A stretch of 64,000 bases of DNA from NCBI GenBank assembly GCA_903829945.1, contig CAIKRV010000063.1, positions 26,502 to 90,501 of the forward strand, written 5' to 3'. This stretch comes from an uncultured bacterium (GTDB taxonomy: Bacteria > Bacteroidota > Bacteroidia > CAILMK01). The translations under genes and the position numbers were made by a program. Positions 50,676 to 60,243 of the stretch are shown here, piece after piece (position 1 is the first letter of the stretch; every line of letters starts with the position of its first letter). Under the pieces are notes generated by a model. That model had not been told where the DNA came from, searched no databases, and worked only from the letters and a program-made list of their open reading frames with translations.

Positions 50676-51521
50676 TTAAATATTATAGGTGTGATGTGCT
50701 ATTAAACCTTCCAATGGTGTTTGAATTACTTTTTTAAGATGGGTTTCAAATTCAATGGAAACTTCTTCCAAAATATTATAAAAGAAAAAACCAATGGAAC
50801 CAACTACCCCAATGGGTAATTGCTTATAATTATCAAAGCAACAAATATGATATCTAAAAAAATCTCGAAAACTTTCACGGACAATATCTTCACAATATTT
50901 CTCATGAATATTTGCTTTAATAAAGGGAGCAAAGGAAGCCAACCAACGATTTGGCGCTTGTTCTTTATATACTTTATTTAATACCAATTCCTTATTCAAG
51001 TTGAATTGAAGCTTTAGTTGATGTTCCAAATGTTTTGGTAAATTAAGGTATAAATAATCCCTCAGTAATCGTTTTCCCAAACTGGCGCCACTGCCTTCAT
51101 CACCCAAAATATAACCTAGTGCCGGTACCTCTTGATATAAACTTGTGCCATCAAAAAAACAGGAATTAGAACCGGTGCCCAAGATGCAAGCAATACCGGA
51201 TTCACGCCCAAATAAACCTAAGGCGGCTGCCATTACATCATGTTCCACATAAATATTTTGAATATGCGAGAACTTGGCAATGGCATTACGCACGATATTA
51301 CAATTATCCTCACTGGAACAACTTGCTCCATAAAAATAGAGCGCCTCAATATTATAAGCAGCCAAAGGTAAGGCCACCTCTATTTCAATAATGGCTTCAA
51401 TTTCTGCGGGCTTTTGAGTATATGGGTTTATTCCCAATGAATTAAAGGTTTTTAATTCTTTCCCGTTATCAACAATTACCCAATGGGTTTTGGTAGATCC
51501 ACTTTCTGCAATCACAATCAT
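50676..51521 (-). CDS. BadF/BadG/BcrA/BcrD-family sugar kinase (GlcNAc/MurNAc kinase-like)
   Basis: IAESGSTKTHW, GINP, ILGTGSNS, LGYILGDEGSG; upstream of murQ. Confidence 0.88.
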   Translation of the reverse strand: MIVIAESGSTKTHWVIVDNGKELKTFNSLGINPYTQKPAEIEAIIEIEVALPLAAYNIEALYFYGASCSSEDNCNIVRNAIAKFSHIQNIYVEHDVMAAALGLFGRESGIACILGTGSNSCFFDGTSLYQEVPALGYILGDEGSGASLGKRLLRDYLYLNLPKHLEHQLKLQFNLNKELVLNKVYKEQAPNRWLASFAPFIKANIHEKYCEDIVRESFRDFFRYHICCFDNYKQLPIGVVGSIGFFFYNILEEVSIEFETHLKKVIQTPLEGLIAHHTYNI

Positions 51522-51601
51522 ATCGGACAAAAATAAGGTTTTTGCGCTGATGTTTGAAGAAGTTTAGAATAGTTATATCTTTGAAAAATTAATAGCAAGT
51601 A

Positions 51602-52906
51602 ATGAAACAACTATTTATTGCCTTCATAATCATTATGTTTACCCTGCAAGTGCAAGGGCAAAACAAAGCAGACTCCACTACTACCGAAACTACACAGGAA
51701 GCGCCAAAGAATTTGAGCCCTGCTCAACAGAAAGCCTTGGAAGCCAAGCAAAAACGTGATAGTGACGCTGCAAAAAGAAAAGAAGAAGCAGAAAAACGCA
51801 AACAAGAATCCCTTCAAAAAAGACAACAAGGATTAGAACAGCGTAAGGCTGCCGCTGACCAAAGAAAGACCGGTGCAACTACCAAAAAAGCAGGTACCGG
51901 CAAGGAAGCAAGCCCTACAGATAGTGCTAATGCTGCAACAGTGGCACCGGCCAAAGATAAAAAATCCGGCAAAAAAGAGGCGGCTCCAAAGCCAAGTCCG
52001 GAAGAATTAAAGCAAAAAGCTGCTGAAGAACGTCAGCGCGTGGCAGAAAAACGCAAAGAAGATGCGGAAGCCAAAAAGAAAGAGGCTGCTGAAAAGAAAG
52101 AAGCTGCCGCACAATTAAAAGCATCAGGAGGTACACCTGCTAAAAAAGGCAGTACCGCAGGTGGCGCAACAGCAGCACCTAAGAAAACTGCTGAAGAAAA
52201 AGCAAAAGAAAGAAAAGAAGCCGAAGCCTTAAAACCACGTCCGGGCAGTAAAAATCCAAAAGGCAAAAATGGTAAGGATGAAGCTCCGGCACCGGTTCAA
52301 GAATCACAAATAGCAAAATTGTATTTTACTTTACCATTAGAAGCCTTACCACAAGTGGCTAAATATTTGGAAGAGCATCCTGATGTAAAAGAAAGCATAG
52401 ATAATGACAAAGTAAAAGACCCATATTCCGGTAGTATGCATGATACTCGTAAGGGATTAATTAATAAAGAGGATGGACAAAGAAATTATTTGCAATTGGG
52501 TCAAATGGAAAAATATACCCGTTTGCAACTATTTAATACCAAGGATTTGAAGGCTCTGATAGCCATACAAACTGATGAATGTAATCCTGATTGTAAAAAT
52601 ACCTTTAAGTTATACAAACAAAATAATGACGGATGGGAGGATGTGACGGCTTCTGCCCTACCGGCATTGGATAAAAAATACATGTTGGGCAAAATAAAAT
52701 CTGCCTACAAAAAACAATACATGGATAATAGTGTATACGAAGCCAAAGGTTATGAAACCGACGAAAACTTTTTCCAAAGTGCAATAGTATATACCATCAA
52801 TCCTGAAGCCAATAAAATCATTGTTCGTGACCAAATTATTGATTTACCATTGTATGAAATAACTTGGGATCCGATAAAGAGTAAATTTAATATCACCAAA
52901 CTTTAA
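51602..52906 (+). CDS. Secreted hypothetical protein with long Lys/Glu/Ala-rich region and C-terminal globular domain
   Basis: Signal peptide; ~210-aa charged low-complexity stretch; C-domain with CNPDC and WEDVT..LP; TATCTTTG box at 51576-51583. Confidence 0.8.
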   Translation: MKQLFIAFIIIMFTLQVQGQNKADSTTTETTQEAPKNLSPAQQKALEAKQKRDSDAAKRKEEAEKRKQESLQKRQQGLEQRKAAADQRKTGATTKKAGTGKEASPTDSANAATVAPAKDKKSGKKEAAPKPSPEELKQKAAEERQRVAEKRKEDAEAKKKEAAEKKEAAAQLKASGGTPAKKGSTAGGATAAPKKTAEEKAKERKEAEALKPRPGSKNPKGKNGKDEAPAPVQESQIAKLYFTLPLEALPQVAKYLEEHPDVKESIDNDKVKDPYSGSMHDTRKGLINKEDGQRNYLQLGQMEKYTRLQLFNTKDLKALIAIQTDECNPDCKNTFKLYKQNNDGWEDVTASALPALDKKYMLGKIKSAYKKQYMDNSVYEAKGYETDENFFQSAIVYTINPEANKIIVRDQIIDLPLYEITWDPIKSKFNITKL

Positions 52907-52911
52907 AAATC

Positions 52912-52938
52912 AACCCCACCTTATCAGTGGGGTTTTTT
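52912..52938 (+). terminator. Intrinsic terminator
   Basis: AACCCCAC / GTGGGGTTTTTT. Confidence 0.7.
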
Positions 52939-52944
52939 AACTAT

Positions 52945-53724
52945 ATGTATAAAGCTATTTTATTTGAAAAGAAAGATAATACTGCTTATATTACTTTAAA
53001 TCGTCCGGATGTATTTAATGCATTTAATGATGATCAGAGTTATGAATTACAAGATGCTTTAAAACAAGCTACCAAGGATGAGGAAGTTCGCGTGGTTGTT
53101 TTGACCGGAGCCGGGAAAGCATTTTGTTCGGGGCAGGATTTAAAAGACATAGCAGAGAAGGAAAATCGTTCTTTAAGCGATTCCTTATATAAGCGATATA
53201 ATCCCATCATCCGAGCGATGCGCATGATGCCAAAGCCTATTATTTGCAGACTGAATGGTGTGGCAGCAGGAGCAGGATGTTCCTTAGCTTTGGCTTCTGA
53301 TTTAATTATTGCCTCAGAGCAAGCTTCCTTAATAGAGGTATTTATAAATGTGGGCTTAGTATTAGATTCAGGTTCATCTTATTTCCTACCACGGGTGGTA
53401 GGAAGCCAAAAGGCATTTGAACTTTCCACAATGGGCACTAAGGTTAGTGCTCAACAAGCATTTGAATGGGGTATGGTTAATAAAGTAGTGCCGGCAGATG
53501 CTTTGGATTCAGAAGTTGAAAAATATGTATCTTATTATAGGGGCGCTCCGACCAAAGCCATTGGGATGATGAAAAAAATGCTTAATAAATCCTTCCATTC
53601 AAACTTAGAAGAAATGTTGGAATATGAAGCATTTTGTCAGGAAATAGCAGGCAACAGTTCCGATTATAAAGAAGGCGTGAAAGCATTTAACGAGAAACGC
53701 AAAGCTGCATTTACCGGGAAATAA
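52945..53724 (+). CDS. Enoyl-CoA hydratase/isomerase (PaaG-like)
   Basis: ITLNRP, AFCSGQDL, NGVAAGAG, GLVLDSG. Confidence 0.92.
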   Translation: MYKAILFEKKDNTAYITLNRPDVFNAFNDDQSYELQDALKQATKDEEVRVVVLTGAGKAFCSGQDLKDIAEKENRSLSDSLYKRYNPIIRAMRMMPKPIICRLNGVAAGAGCSLALASDLIIASEQASLIEVFINVGLVLDSGSSYFLPRVVGSQKAFELSTMGTKVSAQQAFEWGMVNKVVPADALDSEVEKYVSYYRGAPTKAIGMMKKMLNKSFHSNLEEMLEYEAFCQEIAGNSSDYKEGVKAFNEKRKAAFTGK

Positions 53725-53726
53725 TC

Positions 53727-54353
53727 ATGAGTAATCCTTCCAGAAAACTGGCAGATTATGTACCGATCCTAACGGAAAAGCGCGAAAAGAAATTTCGTGA
53801 AGTACTAAGCAAGCGTCAGCCCGACTTGACGGTGGTGATGGAAAACGTCCATGATCCGCACAATATTTTTGCTATTATGCGCAGTTGTGATGCCATAGGG
53901 ATTATGGAAATATACATCATCAATACCCAAGGCATGAAAAAAAAGGGCGCCGGCAATAAATCCTCTTCTTCGGCGAATAAGTGGGTGAAAGCACATAACT
54001 TTAGTTCAGTGGAGGCATGTGTTTTGGCACTACGTGCCAAGAACTACAAAATTATTGCTACCCACCTAGCCTCCGATTCAAAGTCCCTCTATGAAACCGA
54101 CCTAACGGAGCCTGTTGCATTGGTATTCGGAAATGAAAAAGATGGCGTTTCAGAAGCATTTTTACCACATGTAGATGGCAATATGAAAATACCAATGGTC
54201 GGGCAAATTCAAAGCCTAAATGTATCCGTAGCCTGTGCCGTAAGCCTGTATGAAGCGTATAGACAAAGATTACAAGCAGGTCACTATGAAAATACGAAAT
54301 TAACGCCCGAACAAACAGAAGAAATTTATACGGCTTGGGCCAAAAAATCTTAG
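53727..54353 (+). CDS. trmH: tRNA (G18-2'-O)-methyltransferase TrmH family
   Basis: VHDPHN..AIMRSCDA, FGNEKDG, IPMVGQIQSLNVSVA. Confidence 0.88.
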   Translation: MSNPSRKLADYVPILTEKREKKFREVLSKRQPDLTVVMENVHDPHNIFAIMRSCDAIGIMEIYIINTQGMKKKGAGNKSSSSANKWVKAHNFSSVEACVLALRAKNYKIIATHLASDSKSLYETDLTEPVALVFGNEKDGVSEAFLPHVDGNMKIPMVGQIQSLNVSVACAVSLYEAYRQRLQAGHYENTKLTPEQTEEIYTAWAKKS

Positions 54354-54397
54354 TTTAATTAAAGGTTCAGGCATTTCGAAAAATGTTATTTTAAAAA

Positions 54398-55453
54398 TTA
54401 TTTAGGATGATATCTGGATTCTTTCAGAATTTTACGATAATCCTTTTCCTCCATTAATTGTTGTAAGGTAATATTTTTATGTTCACTCATATATTTGCGA
54501 ACAATTTGCCAACCGAGCCATTCCCCCAATCTGGGAGCAGATTCCTGAGGAACCCCATCCGCATTGGTAAACGGTGCATCATTTAAAAACTTAATTTTAA
54601 GACTTTGGTCTGTTTTAAAGAAAATATCTTTAGCGGTAAAATAGCCCCATACCTCAGCAGCATTATCATTACACCACTTTAATTGGGCAGCGGTATATTC
54701 AATTTTTAAAGTATCGTCCATTTCCGGAGCCATGGCATCTACAAAATATAACTCCTTACCAGCCTGAATTACTTCACTTAGCAAGGTATTATCCGTGCTC
54801 ACTTTAGATTCAAATTTCTTTGTAAAATAAGCCTTAATAATATTTTCAGGAATGTATTCTTTTCTACAGTGTCGCGTAATGAATTTAGGAATATCAATAT
54901 TGGTGGCGGAATAATATTTATAATCTTCTCCTAAGAACATATCCAAGCAAATACAAAAACGATTGCTTTGAGTAATATAGATCTTATAGGAAAATGAATT
55001 CATGATGCAAGCAAATTCAGGCACAGTATCCTTTGGATAATAGTATTTAATATGACTAAAAATATCCCCTAAATCCTCCTCCAAGGATTTCATTTCCTTT
55101 TCCCCGTATTGTTTATTCATTTCCAAATAAACTTCCTTCATAAATTTATTTTGAACCATTAAAGGCTGCCAAAGGCTCAGCATCTCGGCGGTATCTATAT
55201 CCTTTTTACGGTGAAAGTCATGAGGGTACAGATCATACATAAAAGCATTCATAATATCCGGATACTTTTTATACAATTGGCTTATAGCAGCGCCAAAATG
55301 CACCGAATCACAGCTAAAAAGCTCCTTATCAAACCTGTCAATATGGACTTTTTTCTTCAATTTGGGCGTTTCTACCTTTAGTCTATTATCTTTACAGGAA
55401 TAAATTAGCAAGGCTAATAAGCTGAAACAAGTAATTTTTAGATATTTTTGCAA
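54398..55453 (-). CDS. gldB: Gliding motility lipoprotein GldB-like
   Basis: TTG/GTG start near 55453-55456, lipobox LIYSC, IDRFDKEL, LDMFLG, APFT, PRLGEWLGWQIVRKYM. Confidence 0.8.
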   Translation of the reverse strand: MQKYLKITCFSLLALLIYSCKDNRLKVETPKLKKKVHIDRFDKELFSCDSVHFGAAISQLYKKYPDIMNAFMYDLYPHDFHRKKDIDTAEMLSLWQPLMVQNKFMKEVYLEMNKQYGEKEMKSLEEDLGDIFSHIKYYYPKDTVPEFACIMNSFSYKIYITQSNRFCICLDMFLGEDYKYYSATNIDIPKFITRHCRKEYIPENIIKAYFTKKFESKVSTDNTLLSEVIQAGKELYFVDAMAPEMDDTLKIEYTAAQLKWCNDNAAEVWGYFTAKDIFFKTDQSLKIKFLNDAPFTNADGVPQESAPRLGEWLGWQIVRKYMSEHKNITLQQLMEEKDYRKILKESRYHPK

Positions 55454-55487
55454 CACAATAATAATTTTATAATACGAACGCAAAATT

Positions 55488-56177
55488 ATGAAAAAGCTTT
55501 TCCCCATACTTACTTTTTTAATAATCTCTTTTTCAGCCATAGCACAGGACTATCCCAGTTTCAGTCCGGGAGTGACCATTAGTCCTAATATTGCATGGGC
55601 GAGCACCAGTGTTAATACGGTACCAAGCAATTTAAGCGCCAGTTCATCCAATGCTAAATTCGGCTATTGTATTGGGGTAACTTTAGATTATATGAAAAAA
55701 GAAACATACGGATTGTGCGCTGAGTTCAGAATTCAGCGTTTGGATATGGGCTACAACCTTAATTCAATTTCACCCACCGGAGTATCCATTACCAATGCGA
55801 GTAATGTTTTTTATCAATATATAGAAATACCCGTAGGTATTAAAATGCGAACCGTTGAATTTGGATATTCCCGGTTTTATGCCAAAGCAGGATTAAACCC
55901 AGCCATTTGTACCAAAGCAGAGGCCACCATTACCAGTAATAACGGGATAAACAACTCCACTACTGCCGTTTCAAATATAAGTTCAAGAACCACACCCATC
56001 AATTTAGGACTATTTATTGGCATGGGCTTGGAATATACCATTGCGGGTACCACTGCATTGGTGGGAGGCCTTACCTACCATTATGGAGTCATCGATATTT
56101 ATAAGGACCCTAACAGCACAGATAACTTTACCATTAATACGCGATACCTATCCATGGATTTAGCGATTAAATTCTAA
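55488..56177 (+). CDS. Outer membrane beta-barrel (porin/PorT-like) protein
   Basis: Signal peptide, QYIEIPVGIKMRT, C-terminal Phe. Confidence 0.8.
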   Translation: MKKLFPILTFLIISFSAIAQDYPSFSPGVTISPNIAWASTSVNTVPSNLSASSSNAKFGYCIGVTLDYMKKETYGLCAEFRIQRLDMGYNLNSISPTGVSITNASNVFYQYIEIPVGIKMRTVEFGYSRFYAKAGLNPAICTKAEATITSNNGINNSTTAVSNISSRTTPINLGLFIGMGLEYTIAGTTALVGGLTYHYGVIDIYKDPNSTDNFTINTRYLSMDLAIKF

Positions 56178-57823
56178 TGACCACATTAATGAAGATTGCA
56201 CTTGCCCAGTTGGATTATCATGTTGGAAATTTTGAAGCAAATGCAGCCAAAATTATAAAAGCCATAAACGAAGCTAAGCTTAGCGGTGTCCAATTAATTG
56301 CATTTTCCGAATTAGCCATTTGCGGCTATCCAGCTTGGGATTTTTTAGAGTTTGATGATTTTATTGCACAATGTGAAAAAAGCATCAAAACCATTGCGAG
56401 TCATTGTACAGGTATTGCTGCCATTGTTGGAGGGCCATGCCGTAATCCTCTAAAAAATGGCAAAAATTTATATAATTCAGCATGGTTTTTATCAGAAGGG
56501 ACAGTGCAGCAAATGGTACATAAAACCTTATTGCCCACTTATGATGTATTTGATGAATATCGCTATTTTGAGCCCAATACGCAATTTAATTGTGTTGATT
56601 ACTTAGGACAAAAAATAGCCGTTAGTATATGTGAAGATTTATGGAACCTGAGTGAAGACCCATTATACACTAAAAACCCAATGGATTTCCTGATCAAAGA
56701 ACATCCGGATTTTGCCATCAATATTGCAGCTTCACCTTTTTCTTTCAGTCATGATGCTTCAAGGATGGCCGTACTGAGAAATAATGCAAAAAAGTATAAT
56801 ATCCCTTTTTTTTATGTAAATCATACCGGAGCACAAACAGAGCTAATATTTGATGGTGCCTCAATGGTGGTTCATCCCGATGGAAGCTATTTGAAAATGT
56901 CTTTTTTTGAGGAAGAAATAAGAAGTTTTGATTTACGAAAAATAAAGGAAGGGAATTTTCCCCAATCCGATAAACAGGGAAAATATGAATTAATAACACA
57001 AGCCCTAATTAAGGGAATTCAGGATTATTTTTCAAAAATGGGCTTTAAAAAAGCAACCTTGGGTTTATCAGGGGGTATAGATTCTGCAGTGGTTTTTGCC
57101 CTTGCAGTAAAAGCTTTGGGAGCAGAACAGGTATTGCCAATATTATTACCGTCTCCCTATACTTCAGCGCTCTCCAATAATGAAGCCATGACAATGGTTA
57201 AATTATTAGGAACCGCTCATAAAATCATACCTATAGCTAAGGTTATGACATCTTATTCCGATTTATTAAATCCCCACTTTGAAGGATTAAAATCCGGCTT
57301 AGCGGAAGAAAACTTACAGGCACGCGCACGTGGGACAATCCTGATGGCTATTAGCAATAAATTAGATTATATTTTGCTGAACACCTCTAATAAAAGTGAG
57401 ATGGCTGTAGGGTATAGTACCTTATATGGTGATTCCATAGGTGCATTTTCAGTTTTAGGCGATTTATACAAAACTGAAGTTTATGAACTAGCTGATTATA
57501 TTAATAAAACTTGGAATAATTGTATTCCGGAATTAATTATTTCGAGGGCACCTTCTGCTGAATTAAGACCCGATCAAAAGGACTCTGACAGTTTACCTGA
57601 TTATAGTATTTTAGATGCCATTTTATACCAATATATTGAAAACAGAAAAGGCCCCGATGAAATCATTCAAATGGGCTATGATGCTACTACCGTTCATAAA
57701 ATCTTAAAGCTTGTAAATCAGAGTGAATATAAGCGATTCCAAGCACCGCCAATTTTGCGCGTATCTGATAAAGCCTTCGGCATAGGCAGACGATTGCCTA
57801 TCGTGGCTAAGTACTTAGCTTAG
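56177..57823 (+). CDS. nadE: Glutamine-dependent NAD+ synthetase
   Basis: Nitrilase domain (FSEL, HK.LLP, ICEDLW) + LGLSGGIDS, ENLQAR, PSAELRPDQ. Confidence 0.96.
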   Translation: MTTLMKIALAQLDYHVGNFEANAAKIIKAINEAKLSGVQLIAFSELAICGYPAWDFLEFDDFIAQCEKSIKTIASHCTGIAAIVGGPCRNPLKNGKNLYNSAWFLSEGTVQQMVHKTLLPTYDVFDEYRYFEPNTQFNCVDYLGQKIAVSICEDLWNLSEDPLYTKNPMDFLIKEHPDFAINIAASPFSFSHDASRMAVLRNNAKKYNIPFFYVNHTGAQTELIFDGASMVVHPDGSYLKMSFFEEEIRSFDLRKIKEGNFPQSDKQGKYELITQALIKGIQDYFSKMGFKKATLGLSGGIDSAVVFALAVKALGAEQVLPILLPSPYTSALSNNEAMTMVKLLGTAHKIIPIAKVMTSYSDLLNPHFEGLKSGLAEENLQARARGTILMAISNKLDYILLNTSNKSEMAVGYSTLYGDSIGAFSVLGDLYKTEVYELADYINKTWNNCIPELIISRAPSAELRPDQKDSDSLPDYSILDAILYQYIENRKGPDEIIQMGYDATTVHKILKLVNQSEYKRFQAPPILRVSDKAFGIGRRLPIVAKYLA

Positions 57824-58005
57824 TTTTAAATATTTTTTAGCTTATCTTAAAATATTAACTACTAAGAGCTTACTGAAGGCTATAAAATTGCCGACACTAA
57901 ACTTTGCTACGCTAATTCTATCCAATAGCTAGTATATTATGGTAAATATAAATATGGTTTTTCAATTATAATAATATATTGATTAACTTGCGTTGATTTC
58001 ATTAC

Positions 58006-60153
58006 ATGACTTCATACACTACAAGAATATCGAGCGAGACAAATTTTAGAATTTCATATTGGCTAAAGTCATGTTTAGCAGTATGTATATTTTTATCACT
58101 GAACTGCAGTAAAACACTTGCAGGCATTGAATCCATGCGTGCCGATCTGGAGGTCAAGAAAAAGATTTTATTGGCGTCCAAAGATAAACAGGAAAGAATA
58201 GAATCCAATTTAAGAATTAGTGATATATATATTGAATATTTTCACAATATAGACTCCGGAATATTTTATGCAAAATGTGCTTTAAGGGAAATTGGAAACA
58301 ATATCCAATCTCGTAATTACATTCGTGCTAAAATTTATATAGCTAGGGCATATTATATTAATGGGCAACCCAATCGTTGTGTTCCATTACTAGATAGTAT
58401 TTATAATTTAAGCAAGGAAATAAATTACCCTTTTGGCATCTATCGAGCATTATACTATAAAAGTTTATTATATAATGATATAAATGAGCCGGACAGTGCT
58501 ATTAAATTTTTAATGGAGGCCGTTCAGGTGAATAAAAAATCTAATGCCTCTGAAGACTTGGCCAGTACTTATAATTCATTAGGTAATTTATATTTTTCAC
58601 GCAGAGCATACCATACAGCTTTAGATTATAATTTTCAATCGTTAGCTATTTGGAAAAAAATAAAACCGCAAACGATATCAGGGGTATTGAGTGATATTGG
58701 CAATTGTTATTATTATTTAAATGAGTTGGATTCTGCCTTACAATTTTATAATGCTTCCTTAGCTACCAGTATTCAACAAAACAATAATTTAGGTTATGGT
58801 TACGGTTATAATAATATCGGATTAGTGTATTTCAAAAAAGACAAATATGAAACTGCACTCAAATACTACGATACAGCCCTTTCCTATTATTATAAAATGA
58901 ATTCAAGAGTTGGGATTACCAATTGCCTGGATAATATTTGTAAAACTTATCTGGCCAAGAAAGATTTCGATAAAGCCTTTAGACAAGCGCAAATAGCCTT
59001 AGCATATGTACTTCCATTGCATGATAAGAACTTGGCATACATGATTTATAACGATTTAAGTACTGCTAGTGCCGGTCAAAAGAATTTTGAAAAAGCATTT
59101 TTTTATCAGAAAATAATTACAGCTTATGCTGATAGTATTTATGGGGCAAGCAAAGCCAGTTCTGACGCCGCATTGCAAGCCAGACTGTCTATTTTACAGA
59201 AAGAAAATGAAAACAAATTACTCCGATTAGAGCAAACCAAACAAAATATTCAATTAAAGCAAAAAAACTTAGTCTCTATTGTTATTGGAATATTTTTAGT
59301 GTTAGCGATTGGCGCAGTAATTTATTTTATTCGTAATGCAAAATTAAGATACGAGGCTATGCAACTTTTGCAAAAGCAAAATGATGTTATAGAAAAAAAC
59401 AATCATGAATTAGATCATTTAAATTCAAGATTACAATCTCAAAAACACGAATTAGAAGAAATTAATCTTTTGAAAGATAAATTATTTTCCATTATTTCTC
59501 ATGATATCCGAAGCCCATTGGTTTCTTTTAGTGCTTATTTATCGTTTTTGCAAGCCGGAGAAATACCGGAGGATTCTATCAAAGCCTTAAATAATGAGGT
59601 GATGGAACGACTAAATTTAACTTTAAATTTTGTTGACAATTTAATTGAATGGGCGCAAGGACAAATTCAAGGAACAAATAGAATTTCAGAGCTAATAAAT
59701 TTAAAACATACCTGTGACGAGATGCTTGGTTTTTATCAGCCGCAGGCCGATATGAAAAATATAAAATTAATAAACACGGTATCGCCGAATATAAATGTTT
59801 ATACCAATGCGGGTATGGTAAAAATGATTTTAAGAAATTTAATTTCTAATGCCATTAAATTTTCATTTAAAGACAGTTCCATTAATATCAGTGCAGAAAC
59901 AGATGAGCATTTTGTTATTATTCACGTTGCCGATACTGGTATCGGTATGCGTGAAGAGGATTTGGCACAGTTATTCAGCGGAAAAAATTATAGTCGCATG
60001 GGAACTTCCAATGAAAAAGGTAGCGGTTTGGGATTAACACTTTGCAAAGAATTTTTGCAAAAAAACAATGGAACTATGTGGGTAGATAGTGAGGAAAATA
60101 AAGGAAGTACCTTTAGCTTCAAAATCCCAATTTCCGATAAAAACCTTGCTTAA
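58006..60153 (+). CDS. TPR-containing sensor histidine kinase
   Basis: TPR repeats, TM helix, H-box SIISHDIRSP, N-box NLISNAIKF, DTGIG, GSGLGL. Confidence 0.92.
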   Translation: MTSYTTRISSETNFRISYWLKSCLAVCIFLSLNCSKTLAGIESMRADLEVKKKILLASKDKQERIESNLRISDIYIEYFHNIDSGIFYAKCALREIGNNIQSRNYIRAKIYIARAYYINGQPNRCVPLLDSIYNLSKEINYPFGIYRALYYKSLLYNDINEPDSAIKFLMEAVQVNKKSNASEDLASTYNSLGNLYFSRRAYHTALDYNFQSLAIWKKIKPQTISGVLSDIGNCYYYLNELDSALQFYNASLATSIQQNNNLGYGYGYNNIGLVYFKKDKYETALKYYDTALSYYYKMNSRVGITNCLDNICKTYLAKKDFDKAFRQAQIALAYVLPLHDKNLAYMIYNDLSTASAGQKNFEKAFFYQKIITAYADSIYGASKASSDAALQARLSILQKENENKLLRLEQTKQNIQLKQKNLVSIVIGIFLVLAIGAVIYFIRNAKLRYEAMQLLQKQNDVIEKNNHELDHLNSRLQSQKHELEEINLLKDKLFSIISHDIRSPLVSFSAYLSFLQAGEIPEDSIKALNNEVMERLNLTLNFVDNLIEWAQGQIQGTNRISELINLKHTCDEMLGFYQPQADMKNIKLINTVSPNINVYTNAGMVKMILRNLISNAIKFSFKDSSINISAETDEHFVIIHVADTGIGMREEDLAQLFSGKNYSRMGTSNEKGSGLGLTLCKEFLQKNNGTMWVDSEENKGSTFSFKIPISDKNLA

Positions 60154-60243
60154 TATACTGTCATGTATATTTAGTCCTGCTTAATTGAACTATTAAGTAA
60201 TTTTCTGCTTCTTTTTTCCTTTCTTTGCATTAAAATACAAGAA

